A stretch of DNA of 64,000 nucleotides, taken from contig JAYUHQ010000062.1 of NCBI GenBank assembly GCA_043766895.1, positions 792 to 64,791 of the forward strand, read 5' to 3'. Position numbers and translations under genes: made by a program. The notes beneath the pieces were generated by a model that saw nothing but the letters and a program-made list of their open reading frames with translations, was not told the origin of the DNA and ran no database searches. This document shows positions 1 to 9,490 of this stretch, piece after piece; position 1 is the first letter of the stretch, and each line of letters begins with the position of its first letter. This DNA comes from Aestuariivirga sp. Its GTDB lineage: Bacteria; Pseudomonadota; Alphaproteobacteria; Rhizobiales; Aestuariivirgaceae.

Positions 1-971
1 GCGTTTTTATCTTCAACCAAATCCCACTTGCTCAACACCAACACAATGGCGCGGCCTTCGCGGGCGATCAGGTCACACAGCGTTAAATCCTGCTTCTCGA
101 TTGAGAAGGAAGCATCCACCAACACCACAACAACTTCTGCAAATTTTACGGCGCGCAACGCGTCAGTGACTGAAAGTTTTTCCAGCTTTTCCTTCACTTT
201 GCCTTTGCGTCTGATACCCGCTGTATCCCATAACTTAATCTCGCGGCCCTGCCATTCCCAATCATTGGAAATGGCATCGCGCGTGATGCCAGCTTCAGGG
301 CCTGTGAGCATACGGTCTTCACCCAAAAGCGTGTTGACCAAGGTTGATTTGCCGGCATTGGGTTGGCCAATTATGGCAAGCCGCAAGGGCCGCAGCGGCT
401 TTTCAGGGCCTTCATAATCAGGATCAAAACGTTCTTCGATTTCTTCTTCTTCAACAATAGGGTTGATCTTCAGATCAGCCACAACCAACGGCTTCACAAT
501 GCCATAAATGTGTTCCAAGCCTTCGCCATGTTCGCCTGAAATGGCAAAGGGTTCACCAAAGCCCAAAGAGAATGCCTCAGGCACAGTTTGTTGAATAAGT
601 TTGGTTTCAGCCTTATTGGCCAAGACTGTCACAGGCTTGCCAATTTTGCGAATTTTCTCGGCAAACATTTTATCAACTGGGGTTACACCCGCACGCGCAT
701 CAATCACAAAAAACACATGGTCTGACAAGCGCGCTGCTTCAGAGGCTTGCTCGCTCATCCGCGCCTCTAAGCTGCCCTTTTTTGCTTCATCAAAACCAGC
801 CGTATCGAACACATTAAAACTAATGTCAGCAAGCTGGGCCACGCCCTCGCGCCTGTCACGCGTAACGCCGGGTTGATCATCGACAAGGGCAATCTTTTGC
901 CCAATCAAGCGATTGAACAAGGTTGATTTTCCAACGTTTGGGCGCCCAAGAATGGCGACGGTGACTGTCAT
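1..971 (-). CDS. der: Ribosome biogenesis GTPase Der (EngA), 5' part; runs off the left edge
   Basis: Not in the ORF track; translated by hand from ATG at 971: MTVTVAILGRPNVGKSTLFNRLIGQKIALVDDQPGVTRDRREG. A second G-domain follows (LAIIGQPNAGKSTLVN...GITRD). The ATG overlaps the upstream stop (ATGA). Confidence 0.97.
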   Translation of the reverse strand, partial: MTVTVAILGRPNVGKSTLFNRLIGQKIALVDDQPGVTRDRREGVAQLADISFNVFDTAGFDEAKKGSLEARMSEQASEAARLSDHVFFVIDARAGVTPVDKMFAEKIRKIGKPVTVLANKAETKLIQQTVPEAFSLGFGEPFAISGEHGEGLEHIYGIVKPLVVADLKINPIVEEEEIEERFDPDYEGPEKPLRPLRLAIIGQPNAGKSTLVNTLLGEDRMLTGPEAGITRDAISNDWEWQGREIKLWDTAGIRRKGKVKEKLEKLSVTDALRAVKFAEVVVVLVDASFSIEKQDLTLCDLIAREGRAIVLVLSKWDLVEDKN

Positions 972-1543
972 TGCGCAGGCGGCGTCGGTGGCGGCGGAGC
1001 TGGAACCGCAGGAACTGCTGGCACAGCGGGCGCCGCCGCATCAGCGGGCACGGCGGGCTTTGCCACAACGACCTTCTTTTTCTTCTTCTTGATAATCACT
1101 GGCTTTTTAACACCAAGCGGCTTGGCATCGGCCTTTCCGGCAACAGGCTTTTTAGCCATGGCTTGCTTGACGGGCACCGGTGCTGCCACGGATGGCGGTG
1201 GCAACGGATCTGGCGGCAAAGCTTCGGGGCACAAATCAACATTCGGATCACAAGGCGCATCGCCTGCCGATTGTGCGGGCATTTTTAAGGGTGCTGTTCC
1301 TTTTGGCGCAGTGCCTTGTGGCACCATGGGCTTTGATGCAACACCATTGTCGGGCATTTGCGGTTGGCCTGTCACAATCGGATCACGCGCAGTTTGCTGG
1401 TTTGGCGGCAAAATATCTTCGCGTGCACCGGGCAAAACTGTATCATTTTGCTGGCCTGTAACTTTTTTCAAAGTTGTGCAGCCAGAAAGAACCGCAACAG
1501 CGAGAACGGCAATCACTATTTTTTTCATCATCTTGGTGTTCAC
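968..1543 (-). CDS. Pro/Ala/Lys-rich lipoprotein of unknown function, in the slot usually occupied by the BamB-like PQQ-repeat lipoprotein
   Basis: Basic N-terminus, hydrophobic stretch and lipobox LSG-C. Low-complexity body with KKKKKK and PAVPAVPAVP. 4-bp overlaps with both neighbours. Confidence 0.75.
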   Translation of the reverse strand: MNTKMMKKIVIAVLAVAVLSGCTTLKKVTGQQNDTVLPGAREDILPPNQQTARDPIVTGQPQMPDNGVASKPMVPQGTAPKGTAPLKMPAQSAGDAPCDPNVDLCPEALPPDPLPPPSVAAPVPVKQAMAKKPVAGKADAKPLGVKKPVIIKKKKKKVVVAKPAVPADAAAPAVPAVPAVPAPPPPTPPAQ

Positions 1544-2205
1544 TTTTTCAAGTTGGGAGAAATTAACTGAAGCATCATTTCAGCACGTTGCTTCATGGCA
1601 CCTGACGATTCTTTGTCTGCCACAACGGCTTTGAAATAACGATCAGCCATGGAATAATCTTTCACACGCCATGCTGAAAGCCCGAAAATTTCACGGGCCT
1701 CGTTGTGCCAAAGCGCATCGTCTTTATCAAAGCGGCCCAATCGTGGCAGCAGTTGATCTGGCGATTGGGTGTCGGCCAGCAAATAGCCCGCGCGAATGCG
1801 GGCCAAATCTGCCAGCGCCGGATCAGACTTTGCATCAGCAGAAAACGCATCATAAGCGGCCACCGCTTTTTCAACGTCGCCCTTGGCACCAAGAATGCCA
1901 GCCTGTTGAATTTGGGCAAGTTGGGTATAGCCAGAATGATGCACCACAGCCAAAGCGGCCAGCGCATCTTCACTTTTGCCATTCGTAGCCTTTTTCAACG
2001 CGTCAAAATAAATGACGCTGGCGTCTTCGGCCTGCTTTAACTGATAATATTGAAAGCCTTGCCAAGCGGCAACGGCACCCACAAACAGCAAAGCCACGGT
2101 GCCTGCATATTTGCCATATTTGTCCCACAGTTTTTTATATTCGTCTTGGCGAACTTCATCGTCCACCTCGCGGAATATGGCGTCATCACTCTCGCTCAAA
2201 ATCAA
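1540..2205 (-). CDS. YfgM-like TPR membrane protein (ancillary SecYEG subunit)
   Basis: IFREVDDEVRQD...LWDKYG motif, one TM helix, then Ala-rich TPR-like helices; lies upstream of der. Confidence 0.88.
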   Translation of the reverse strand: MILSESDDAIFREVDDEVRQDEYKKLWDKYGKYAGTVALLFVGAVAAWQGFQYYQLKQAEDASVIYFDALKKATNGKSEDALAALAVVHHSGYTQLAQIQQAGILGAKGDVEKAVAAYDAFSADAKSDPALADLARIRAGYLLADTQSPDQLLPRLGRFDKDDALWHNEAREIFGLSAWRVKDYSMADRYFKAVVADKESSGAMKQRAEMMLQLISPNLKK

Positions 2206-2257
2206 GCTCCATTGTTGAGTGGTGAGTAAATCAGCTAGATGCTCAAATCAAGGCAAT

Positions 2258-3619
2258 TCACACAACCGAAAATGCCCCGATCAGCCCTGCGTCGCTGCGC
2301 TCAGCAATAAGGCTTTGAATTGCCCACAGGCCAACATTGTCGCAAACCAAGGCCAATTTCATTTTTCCAAGGGCTGGAACCACCACCGTATCGCGCCAAG
2401 GGGCTGCCCCCAACAGCAAACCGCCCTGCTCTATGGCCTGCCAAACATGGCCATGAAGATGCAACGGCTGGGGAAAGCTGGTTTGATTTTCAACATCCAG
2501 AACAACCGTTTCGCCGTTCTTGGCGTCAAACAACACTGGCCCGCCAATGCCTGCAATGCCATTGATGGCCCAAGCCAACCCGTGTTCCAACAGGCCGCGC
2601 ATTTCAAGATCTTTGTCGCCCAGTTTTGCAGATTTCAAGCCGCCCTTGGCCCCACCTTGAAGAACAATCGCAATATGCCGCGCCGTGGTCAAATCTCCCA
2701 ATACCGCTAAGGGGTTGGCCACCAACTTAAAATCAGCAGGCAGAGCGGCGGTGGGGCCTTTTCCACTAGGCACCAGAAAGGCCAGTTCAACCACATCTTC
2801 GGGCATATCGAGTTCAAGCGTTATTTCGTTTCGCAAACTTTTCACCAAAATATCGGCCCGTTGGCCTGGTGCCAAAACCAAGGCTTCGCGGCCCACCATT
2901 GCGGGCATGATGGGCTGGCCATCCCACGCCAAAATTTCTGCTTCGGCATCTTTCATCGAAAGCTGAATGGTGCGGGCATTGGCAACATTGAGAACCCGCA
3001 AACGCAAAGGCTTGCCCGCATCAACTTTAATCTTAGCGTGAAACACACCATTGGCCGTGAACCAATTGCCCATGCGCCCTTCGGCAATCGCCATATCTAA
3101 TTTTTCGAAGCCTTCAATGATGTGGCTTTTTTCATCAAGCAACCAATCATCAACAAGAAGTGGCACATCTTGCAATGGCGGCAGAACAACTTCCTCAACA
3201 ATCAACATGCCATAAAGCCCACGATCGCGCTGTTCAGAAGCGTGCAGCAACGGCCCAAACCAGAATGTGCCTGCATCTGGCGGGGTGAATGAAAAGCTTT
3301 GTGTGGTTTTTGCCAGAACATTGATGGTCATAGCCTTGACATCGCCACGCACGCCAAACCAGTGCAGCCACAACTCTTTGTCGAGCATGTTCACAATCTG
3401 GCCTTCAAACAGTTGGCCCTGTTTGGCGCGCAAGATGGCAACGGGGTGATTTTTTTCAAACCGCCAAACCGGGGTTTTGTTTGCGCCTTTAACCAAGGCC
3501 ATCGTTGCATTTTCAGCGGTGAGAGTGATGCCGCGGTGCGTTTGGGCAACGGCAATGCGCGGCGCCAAAACAACACCAGCCACCGCAGCCACAAACTTGC
3601 GCCTTGTTATGCCCATCAC
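2258..3619 (-). CDS. Tat-exported multicopper oxidase-fold protein with degenerate copper-binding motifs
   Basis: Twin-arginine signal TRRKFV. Cupredoxin motifs are recognisable but altered: HWFG, WFGPL, QPLHLHGH, WAIQSLIAER. Confidence 0.85.
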   Translation of the reverse strand: MMGITRRKFVAAVAGVVLAPRIAVAQTHRGITLTAENATMALVKGANKTPVWRFEKNHPVAILRAKQGQLFEGQIVNMLDKELWLHWFGVRGDVKAMTINVLAKTTQSFSFTPPDAGTFWFGPLLHASEQRDRGLYGMLIVEEVVLPPLQDVPLLVDDWLLDEKSHIIEGFEKLDMAIAEGRMGNWFTANGVFHAKIKVDAGKPLRLRVLNVANARTIQLSMKDAEAEILAWDGQPIMPAMVGREALVLAPGQRADILVKSLRNEITLELDMPEDVVELAFLVPSGKGPTAALPADFKLVANPLAVLGDLTTARHIAIVLQGGAKGGLKSAKLGDKDLEMRGLLEHGLAWAINGIAGIGGPVLFDAKNGETVVLDVENQTSFPQPLHLHGHVWQAIEQGGLLLGAAPWRDTVVVPALGKMKLALVCDNVGLWAIQSLIAERSDAGLIGAFSVV

Positions 3620-3707
3620 ATCACCTCTGATTCACCAGAGCATAGTGTGATGTGTGTCTAAATTGAGAATGCTCGATTCAGAACCGTCTGCAACAAACGG
3701 CGCGCAT

Positions 3708-3729
3708 AAAAAAAGGGCCGAAGCCCTTT
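3708..3729 (-). terminator. Rho-independent terminator downstream of the DUF2853 gene
   Basis: The - strand reads AAAGGGC-TTCG-GCCCTTT-TTTT immediately after the stop at 3733. Confidence 0.8.
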
Positions 3730-3732
3730 CCC

Positions 3733-4074
3733 TTATTTGTAAACGGCTTCTTTGCCGAAATGTTTGGTCAACATATAATAAACCACCGCACGATACTTAT
3801 TGCGGTTGGATTTGCCATAGGTGTCCATAACCTTGGCCAAGGCTTCATCAAGCTTTGGCCCGTTGGCCAAACCCAACTTCTTGATCAGGAAGTTTTGTTT
3901 CACGGTTTCAAGCTCAGATTCTTGTGTGGCCGAAACAGTTGCAGCATCAGCATTATAAATCGAAGGACCACAGCCGATTACAACCTTGGTCAACAAATCA
4001 ATATCAGCAGTCATGCCGCATTTATCTTTCAAATCGCCAGCATACTTGGCGATCAATTCGTCTCTTTTGCTCAT
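3733..4074 (-). CDS. DUF2853 family protein
   Basis: MSKRDELIAKY...GCGPSIYNADAATV...NKYRAVVYYML pattern typical of this small alphaproteobacterial family. Confidence 0.85.
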   Translation of the reverse strand: MSKRDELIAKYAGDLKDKCGMTADIDLLTKVVIGCGPSIYNADAATVSATQESELETVKQNFLIKKLGLANGPKLDEALAKVMDTYGKSNRNKYRAVVYYMLTKHFGKEAVYK

Positions 4075-4156
4075 GGTAATTTTCCCCTTTTAAGCATTAC
4101 AAAACTTTGTTAGCCCGATTCGGCCAAGAGTTCTAATCAGCCACCACCAAGAAGCT

Positions 4157-4975
4157 TTAATCTTTCACGTCATACGTGTTTTCTGGCAGCGGAAATGCCC
4201 TTGTCCGCACATCATCGGCATAAGATGCAATGGCTTTTTCAATGGCCTTGCCCACTTCGCCAAATTCTTTCACAAACTTTGGCACGCGCGGTGAAAGGCC
4301 CAACATATCTTCCATCACCAAAATCTGGCCATCACATGAGGCCGATGCGCCAATGCCGATTGTGGGAATATCAATCATTTTGGTAATTTTTGCGGCCAAG
4401 GGTTCAGCTACTGCCTCAAGCACAACAGCAAATGCGCCAGCTTCACTCACGGCTACAGCGTCGGCTTCGATGGCGGCCCATTGCGCGCGTTCACGGCCTT
4501 GGGTTTTAAAACCTCCAAACACGTTGATGGATTGTGGGGTCAACCCGATATGCGCCATGACGGGAATGCCCCTGTCTGACAAAAACTTGATCGTTTCAGC
4601 CATGCGCAAGCCACCCTCAATTTTGATGGCGCCACATTCAGTTTCTTTCATCACCTTAGCGGCATTGCGAAACGCTTGCGCCGGGCTTTCTTCATAAGAA
4701 CCAAATGGCATATCAACCACCACCAAGGCGTGCTTTGCCCCGCGTGTGACAGCACGGCCATGCATAATCATCAATTCAAGGGGCACAGGCAATGTGGTTT
4801 CAAACCCGTGCATCACCATGCCAAGGCTGTCGCCGACCAATAGAAAGTCGACATATTTATCAGCAATAGCAGCTGTGTGGGCGTGATAAGATGTAAGCGA
4901 AACAATGGGCGCCATGTTTTTGCGGGCGCGAATATCAGGTGCCGTAAGGCGTTTTTGAACGGTGTGTTGTGACAT
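4157..4975 (-). CDS. panB: 3-methyl-2-oxobutanoate hydroxymethyltransferase
   Basis: [35 protein letters not shown] and DGQILV motifs. Start moved to ATG 4975. Confidence 0.97.
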   Translation of the reverse strand: MSQHTVQKRLTAPDIRARKNMAPIVSLTSYHAHTAAIADKYVDFLLVGDSLGMVMHGFETTLPVPLELMIMHGRAVTRGAKHALVVVDMPFGSYEESPAQAFRNAAKVMKETECGAIKIEGGLRMAETIKFLSDRGIPVMAHIGLTPQSINVFGGFKTQGRERAQWAAIEADAVAVSEAGAFAVVLEAVAEPLAAKITKMIDIPTIGIGASASCDGQILVMEDMLGLSPRVPKFVKEFGEVGKAIEKAIASYADDVRTRAFPLPENTYDVKD

Positions 4976-5142
4976 GCGAGCACTTATAGCCGGGAATGGG
5001 CCACGGCTCAAATCATTGTCGCACCACCGTTAATGGCGGCGACTAAGTGCTGATTATTCGTATACTCAAAAAACCATCCATGTTAGATAAGTGCTTCGTT
5101 TGTCGGGCGGCGACGGGAAATTCACTTCAATCGGAGGCATTT

Positions 5143-5889
5143 ATGAAACCAACTTTAATTCTCGTCGGCGCTGATAAGGGCGGCGTTGGCAAAACCACAT
5201 TGTCGCGCGCGTTGCTAGACTATTTTGCTCGCAAAAATGTTTTAACGAGGGCTTTCGATACCGAAAACCCACGCGGCAGCTTGCGCCGGTTTTATCCAGC
5301 CATCACTGAGGTGATTGACCTATCCAACGTGGCCCACCAGATGAAAGTTTTGGACACGATGGAATCTGCCAACGTGCCTGTCACCATTGTTGATCTGAAG
5401 GCTGGCAATTTGTCTTATGCGTTGGATTTATTTGAACGCATCGGCGTATTGGAAGCCGCGCGCAATGGCGTGTTCAACATGGGGCTGATGCATGTTGTTG
5501 GGTCGTCGATCGCTTCGCTTGATGAAATTGGCGAGATTGCAAAATATCTGCAAGGGGTCAGCTATGTTGTGGCAAGGAACTCCATCAACGAAACCAATTT
5601 CTTTGAATGGGATGACGCCACCCACAAGAAATATTTTTCAGCCATTCCCAAGGCCCAAGAGATCAACATTCCGAAATTAAATGAAATGGCCTATGAGCAG
5701 GTGGATGTGGCTGGTGTTACATTCAAAGATTTCATTGAAAACAAAGCCGCCGATGGATCTGCAGGCAAATTCTCGTTCGTGCTGCGTGGCTATGTCAAAA
5801 AGTGGATTTCAGAGATTGATGCCGAATTGGCACATGTGCAAATGTTGCAAGAGATAACCTCTGGCGGCCGCGCACCCAACCTTGTCTAA
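5143..5889 (+). CDS. ParA/MinD-like P-loop NTPase, uncharacterised
   Basis: GGAGG RBS before ATG 5143. Deviant Walker A DKGGVGKTT, then AFDTENP and Walker-B-like IVDL. Confidence 0.8.
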   Translation: MKPTLILVGADKGGVGKTTLSRALLDYFARKNVLTRAFDTENPRGSLRRFYPAITEVIDLSNVAHQMKVLDTMESANVPVTIVDLKAGNLSYALDLFERIGVLEAARNGVFNMGLMHVVGSSIASLDEIGEIAKYLQGVSYVVARNSINETNFFEWDDATHKKYFSAIPKAQEINIPKLNEMAYEQVDVAGVTFKDFIENKAADGSAGKFSFVLRGYVKKWISEIDAELAHVQMLQEITSGGRAPNLV

Positions 5890-5902
5890 CGCATAAAGCC
5901 CC

Positions 5903-6574
5903 GTGGCCAACCCTCCCACGGTTTATATCACGGCCTCAGACGAGAACCGCAACGGCAAAACTTTGCTGGCGCGGCTCTTGACTGACTATCTTTTGCTCGA
6001 TGGCAAAGATCCCTTCATCATCGATACCGATGCGCCAGATGGCCCGCTTCGGCAGTTCTTTCCCGGCCGCACGGCACTGGCTGATTTTGCCACAATGCAA
6101 GGGCAGATGAAGGTTTTCGATACAATTCTTGCAGCACCGGGCCGCGATTATATTGTCGATTTGCCCGCCCGCCATCTTTGGGATTTTTTCAAAGCTGTCG
6201 AAGAACTCAATGTCTTTGAAGAAGCCAAGCGCGAAGGCTTTCGCATTGTGGTTTTTTATGTGGTGGATCGCGTGGCGGCATCACTCAAAGCCGCAAAAGT
6301 TATTTATGAGCAAGAAGGTATTGATCTTTTCGTGGCAGTGCGCAACGAAAACGTAGGATCATCTTGGCCGCCTGATGAAAGTGCGTTGGTGCTGCCTGCC
6401 CTGCCCCGTGATGTGGCTGTGGCTATTTCTGATAAACGCTTCAGCCTGCGCAATTTTGTGTTGGGCGATGAACAAGGATTGGAAGATTCTGGCAAACTGG
6501 CGCTTAACACATTTCTATTTGATGTGTTGGGCAATTTGAACAGCTTGGATAACCAGATGTCTGCGCGCACTTAA
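5903..6574 (+). CDS. Second ParA-like P-loop protein with degenerate Walker A, uncharacterised
   Basis: ASDENRNGKTLLARLLTDY, IIDTDAP and YIVDLPA align by eye with the upstream protein; 13-bp gap suggests one operon. Confidence 0.72.
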   Translation: MANPPTVYITASDENRNGKTLLARLLTDYLLLDGKDPFIIDTDAPDGPLRQFFPGRTALADFATMQGQMKVFDTILAAPGRDYIVDLPARHLWDFFKAVEELNVFEEAKREGFRIVVFYVVDRVAASLKAAKVIYEQEGIDLFVAVRNENVGSSWPPDESALVLPALPRDVAVAISDKRFSLRNFVLGDEQGLEDSGKLALNTFLFDVLGNLNSLDNQMSART

Positions 6575-6585
6575 GCGCACTGTGT

Positions 6586-7335
6586 TCATGCCAAGTGGAT
6601 GGTGGCACCTTGGCGTTTGAATTTCGACAACACCAAAGCAGCAACGGGTTGGGCGACGACAAGATGACGAATAGATTTTGGCCCCGCCACATGGTAAGGG
6701 GCCGCCGTTGAAAGTTTTTCAGCTGTTGCGGCAACAACAATGTCCACACTGTTCTTCACCATCGCGCGTTTGATCTCGGCCTCAACGGAATCAAAAGCTG
6801 TCACACCGCGAACCGCATCAACACCACATGAACCCAGAAATAAAAGATCTGCATTGATTTGCGATATAGCACTTAACGTTTCTGCCCCGCTGCACATGCC
6901 AAGATCATGATGATAAGCACCACCCAAAACGACCAACTTAATTGCCTTGTGATCTGCCAACGCCACGGCCACACCCAAAGAATTTGTAACCACGGTCAAT
7001 TCCATAGTGTTGGCAATGGCTTTAGCGATTGCAATATTCGTAGAGCCACTATCAATAAACAATGTTTGGCCGGGCCGAATAAGCTTTACAGCCATTTGCG
7101 CCAAACGAAACTTTTCATTGGTTAAATGGCAGTTGCGTTCACCAAGAGAGCCAGCACTGGGCGCCAAGGCACCGCCATAAACCCGCTTGCACAAACCATC
7201 CTTGGCCAGCTCTCGCAAATCTCGCCGCGCTGTGTCTTCTGAAACGCCAAACCGTTCTGCCAAATCGCCGGCAAAAACGCGGCCCTTCAAAGCCAGTTCA
7301 GTGCGAATGAAATTATGGCGTTCGTCTGTCAGCAT
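6586..7335 (-). CDS. DeoR/GlpR family transcriptional regulator
   Basis: HTH LAERFGVSEDTARRDL; IDSGST and VVTNS sensor motifs. Start moved to MLTDERH (7335; 7350 also possible). Confidence 0.93.
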   Translation of the reverse strand: MLTDERHNFIRTELALKGRVFAGDLAERFGVSEDTARRDLRELAKDGLCKRVYGGALAPSAGSLGERNCHLTNEKFRLAQMAVKLIRPGQTLFIDSGSTNIAIAKAIANTMELTVVTNSLGVAVALADHKAIKLVVLGGAYHHDLGMCSGAETLSAISQINADLLFLGSCGVDAVRGVTAFDSVEAEIKRAMVKNSVDIVVAATAEKLSTAAPYHVAGPKSIRHLVVAQPVAALVLSKFKRQGATIHLA

Positions 7336-7419
7336 TTTCACATCCTGCATATTGGCATTTGTTCTTGCACGTTTTGCACGATTATGCAAGATTGAAGGCA
7401 TATTTGAACAGGACTGATC

Positions 7420-8580
7420 ATGACTCTTGGTGTTAACTTGGCCCCGCATCACCGTATATTCGCTGGTTTTTTTCTTCATGCCGTTGCCATGGGCAGCATT
7501 TTTCCGCGCATGGCCGATGTGAAGCAAAATATGGGTGTGGGCGATCAAACCTTGGGCCTCAGCTTGATTGGCGTTCCCGCTGGCACAATGTTAGCGCTGA
7601 CGTTTGCGGCACCTTGGGTTGAACGGTTTGGCTTTCGGCGCACCATTCTCGCGGCCATTCCTTGTGTGGCCATTGGTTATGCTTTGGCTGTGCATGCCAT
7701 AAGCCCGCCGCTGTTTTTTTTGGCGCTGTTGCCGATTGGTTTTTTGATCGGCTGCATTGAAATTGTGTTGAACACGGAAGCAGACCGTGTGGAACATTTG
7801 ATGGGCAGGCGCATTATGAACCGCGCCCATTCATTCTGGAGCTTTGGTTTTTTTGGAGCAGGCTTGGCCGGGGCCGCCATGGCACAAGCGAACATTTCAC
7901 CACAGCTTGGCTTGGCCCTTATTGCACCCGCAATTGCCATTGGTGTTACAGTTTTTCTGGGCAAGTTTGAACATTCGCCAACACGCATAGCAGAAGGAGA
8001 TATTGCGCGGCCCAAATTTGCTCTGCCAAGCTTGGCCATTCTAAGCCTCGTCGCGGTAACAATTTCTGCCATGCTGATGGAGGGCGCTGGCATTGATTGG
8101 TCAGCAATCTATATGCAATCGATGTTCGCCTCTGGGCCATTTGTGGTTGGCATCGCTGTGGCCACAGTGGCGCTTTCACAAGCCGTCACCCGCTTTTTCG
8201 CCGATGCTTATATCGAAACCCATTCACCTGAAACCGTATCGCGAATTCTTTCAGGCGTATTGTTTGCAGGCACTGTTGTTGTGTTCTTGGCGATCAACCC
8301 CGCACTATCGTTGCTGGGCTTTGCGCTGATCGGCATTGGCAACAGCGCCATGTTCCCGCTGGCGGTTTCAGCCGCTGCCCAAATGACAGATCGACCATCG
8401 GCCATCAACGTGGCCTCGATGGTACAAACCTCGTTCATGATATTTCTGCTGGGGCCGCCCCTTCTGGGCACCCTTGGCCAACATTTCGGCACCCCATGGA
8501 TCTATGGCGTTGGCGCACCCTTGGCGATTTTAAGCTGGTTTACAGCCAGCACATTAAGCGGCAAGAAAAAGCCAGCCTAA
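7420..8580 (+). CDS. MFS transporter (YbjJ-like)
   Basis: About 12 hydrophobic segments; HSFWSFG and EGAGIDWSAIY motifs; divergent from the DeoR gene. Confidence 0.88.
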   Translation: MTLGVNLAPHHRIFAGFFLHAVAMGSIFPRMADVKQNMGVGDQTLGLSLIGVPAGTMLALTFAAPWVERFGFRRTILAAIPCVAIGYALAVHAISPPLFFLALLPIGFLIGCIEIVLNTEADRVEHLMGRRIMNRAHSFWSFGFFGAGLAGAAMAQANISPQLGLALIAPAIAIGVTVFLGKFEHSPTRIAEGDIARPKFALPSLAILSLVAVTISAMLMEGAGIDWSAIYMQSMFASGPFVVGIAVATVALSQAVTRFFADAYIETHSPETVSRILSGVLFAGTVVVFLAINPALSLLGFALIGIGNSAMFPLAVSAAAQMTDRPSAINVASMVQTSFMIFLLGPPLLGTLGQHFGTPWIYGVGAPLAILSWFTASTLSGKKKPA

Positions 8581-8593
8581 GGCCCCGCCCAAA

Positions 8594-9490
8594 TCAAACG
8601 CCATGCAATCGAGTTTGCGCCAAAGCAACACCTGCCAGCACAATAAGGCCACCGATAATCAGGCTGGGTGTAATAGCTTCGCCAAGCCATAGATAACCTG
8701 CGAGAATGGCAAACAGTGGCAACAAATAAAGAAATGACCCAACGGCTGCGCCAGCAAGATGTTGTGTGCCAAATGTCCACAACACATTGCCCAGAATAGA
8801 GTTGAACACGGCCAGATATAAAATCTCTAGCCAAGACGACGCTGGCGTATGAAGCAGAAGTTCAGAATAGGGCTTGCTTGCCAACAGGAATATAATGGGT
8901 GCGGCGATCAACGTGCTCCACGCTGTAACGGTAAATCCGCTGTAAGCCGTAAGCAGTGGCTTGGCACCGATGGTGTATGCTGCCCAGCTTGTGCTGGCAC
9001 ACAAAAGGGCCACAACACCCCAGCCGTTTAATGGCTGCTGTGCAGCGGCATTTAAATCTGGCCAAAAAATCACCACACCACCCACAATGGCGATGGCAAG
9101 CCCCGCCCACAAACGCCACGTTAAAGTTTCGCTGATCAATAAGGCTGCAAGTAAGGCAATGATGATGGGTTCCACCATTTGAATAACTGTGCCAAGGCCA
9201 GCGGCCACCCGCGCAAAACCTTGAATCGTAAACCATGCAGAGCCCAACATGCCCAATGATGTAACAGCCAACCTTGGCCAATGGGCCTTGGCAATGTGCC
9301 ATTGCCCACTGAAAAACAAACCACCCGCCAACAGCGGCACCAACACGATATAGCGCAGCCAAAGCGCGTTTTCAGGCGCCAAGGAAAGTGCTGTGGTTCG
9401 CAAAAACACCGCAGATGTGCCCCAGAAAAATACGGCCGCAAGCAAAGCCATGAGCGCTTGCGCGCGAAGCGAAGGCGCTGTTTTATTCAA
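8594..9490 (-). CDS. DMT/EamA family transporter
   Basis: Two EamA repeats (FWGTS...ALWLRY; SWAAYTI...YLLPLFA). Likely TTG start at 9490 overlapping the acetamidase stop; ATG 9451 is the alternative. Confidence 0.88.
   Translation of the reverse strand: MNKTAPSLRAQALMALLAAVFFWGTSAVFLRTTALSLAPENALWLRYIVLVPLLAGGLFFSGQWHIAKAHWPRLAVTSLGMLGSAWFTIQGFARVAAGLGTVIQMVEPIIIALLAALLISETLTWRLWAGLAIAIVGGVVIFWPDLNAAAQQPLNGWGVVALLCASTSWAAYTIGAKPLLTAYSGFTVTAWSTLIAAPIIFLLASKPYSELLLHTPASSWLEILYLAVFNSILGNVLWTFGTQHLAGAAVGSFLYLLPLFAILAGYLWLGEAITPSLIIGGLIVLAGVALAQTRLHGV

Noticed and set aside
970-1100. GC-rich short repeats and a TTC run as a repeat element or phase-variable tract
   Set aside because: They are explained by codons for the Pro/Ala/Val and poly-Lys segments of the lipoprotein; the reading frame is intact.
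7336-7548. 5' extension of the DeoR ORF (320 aa in the track)
   Set aside because: It overlaps the divergent MFS gene and is non-homologous; the DeoR HTH begins at MLTDERH.
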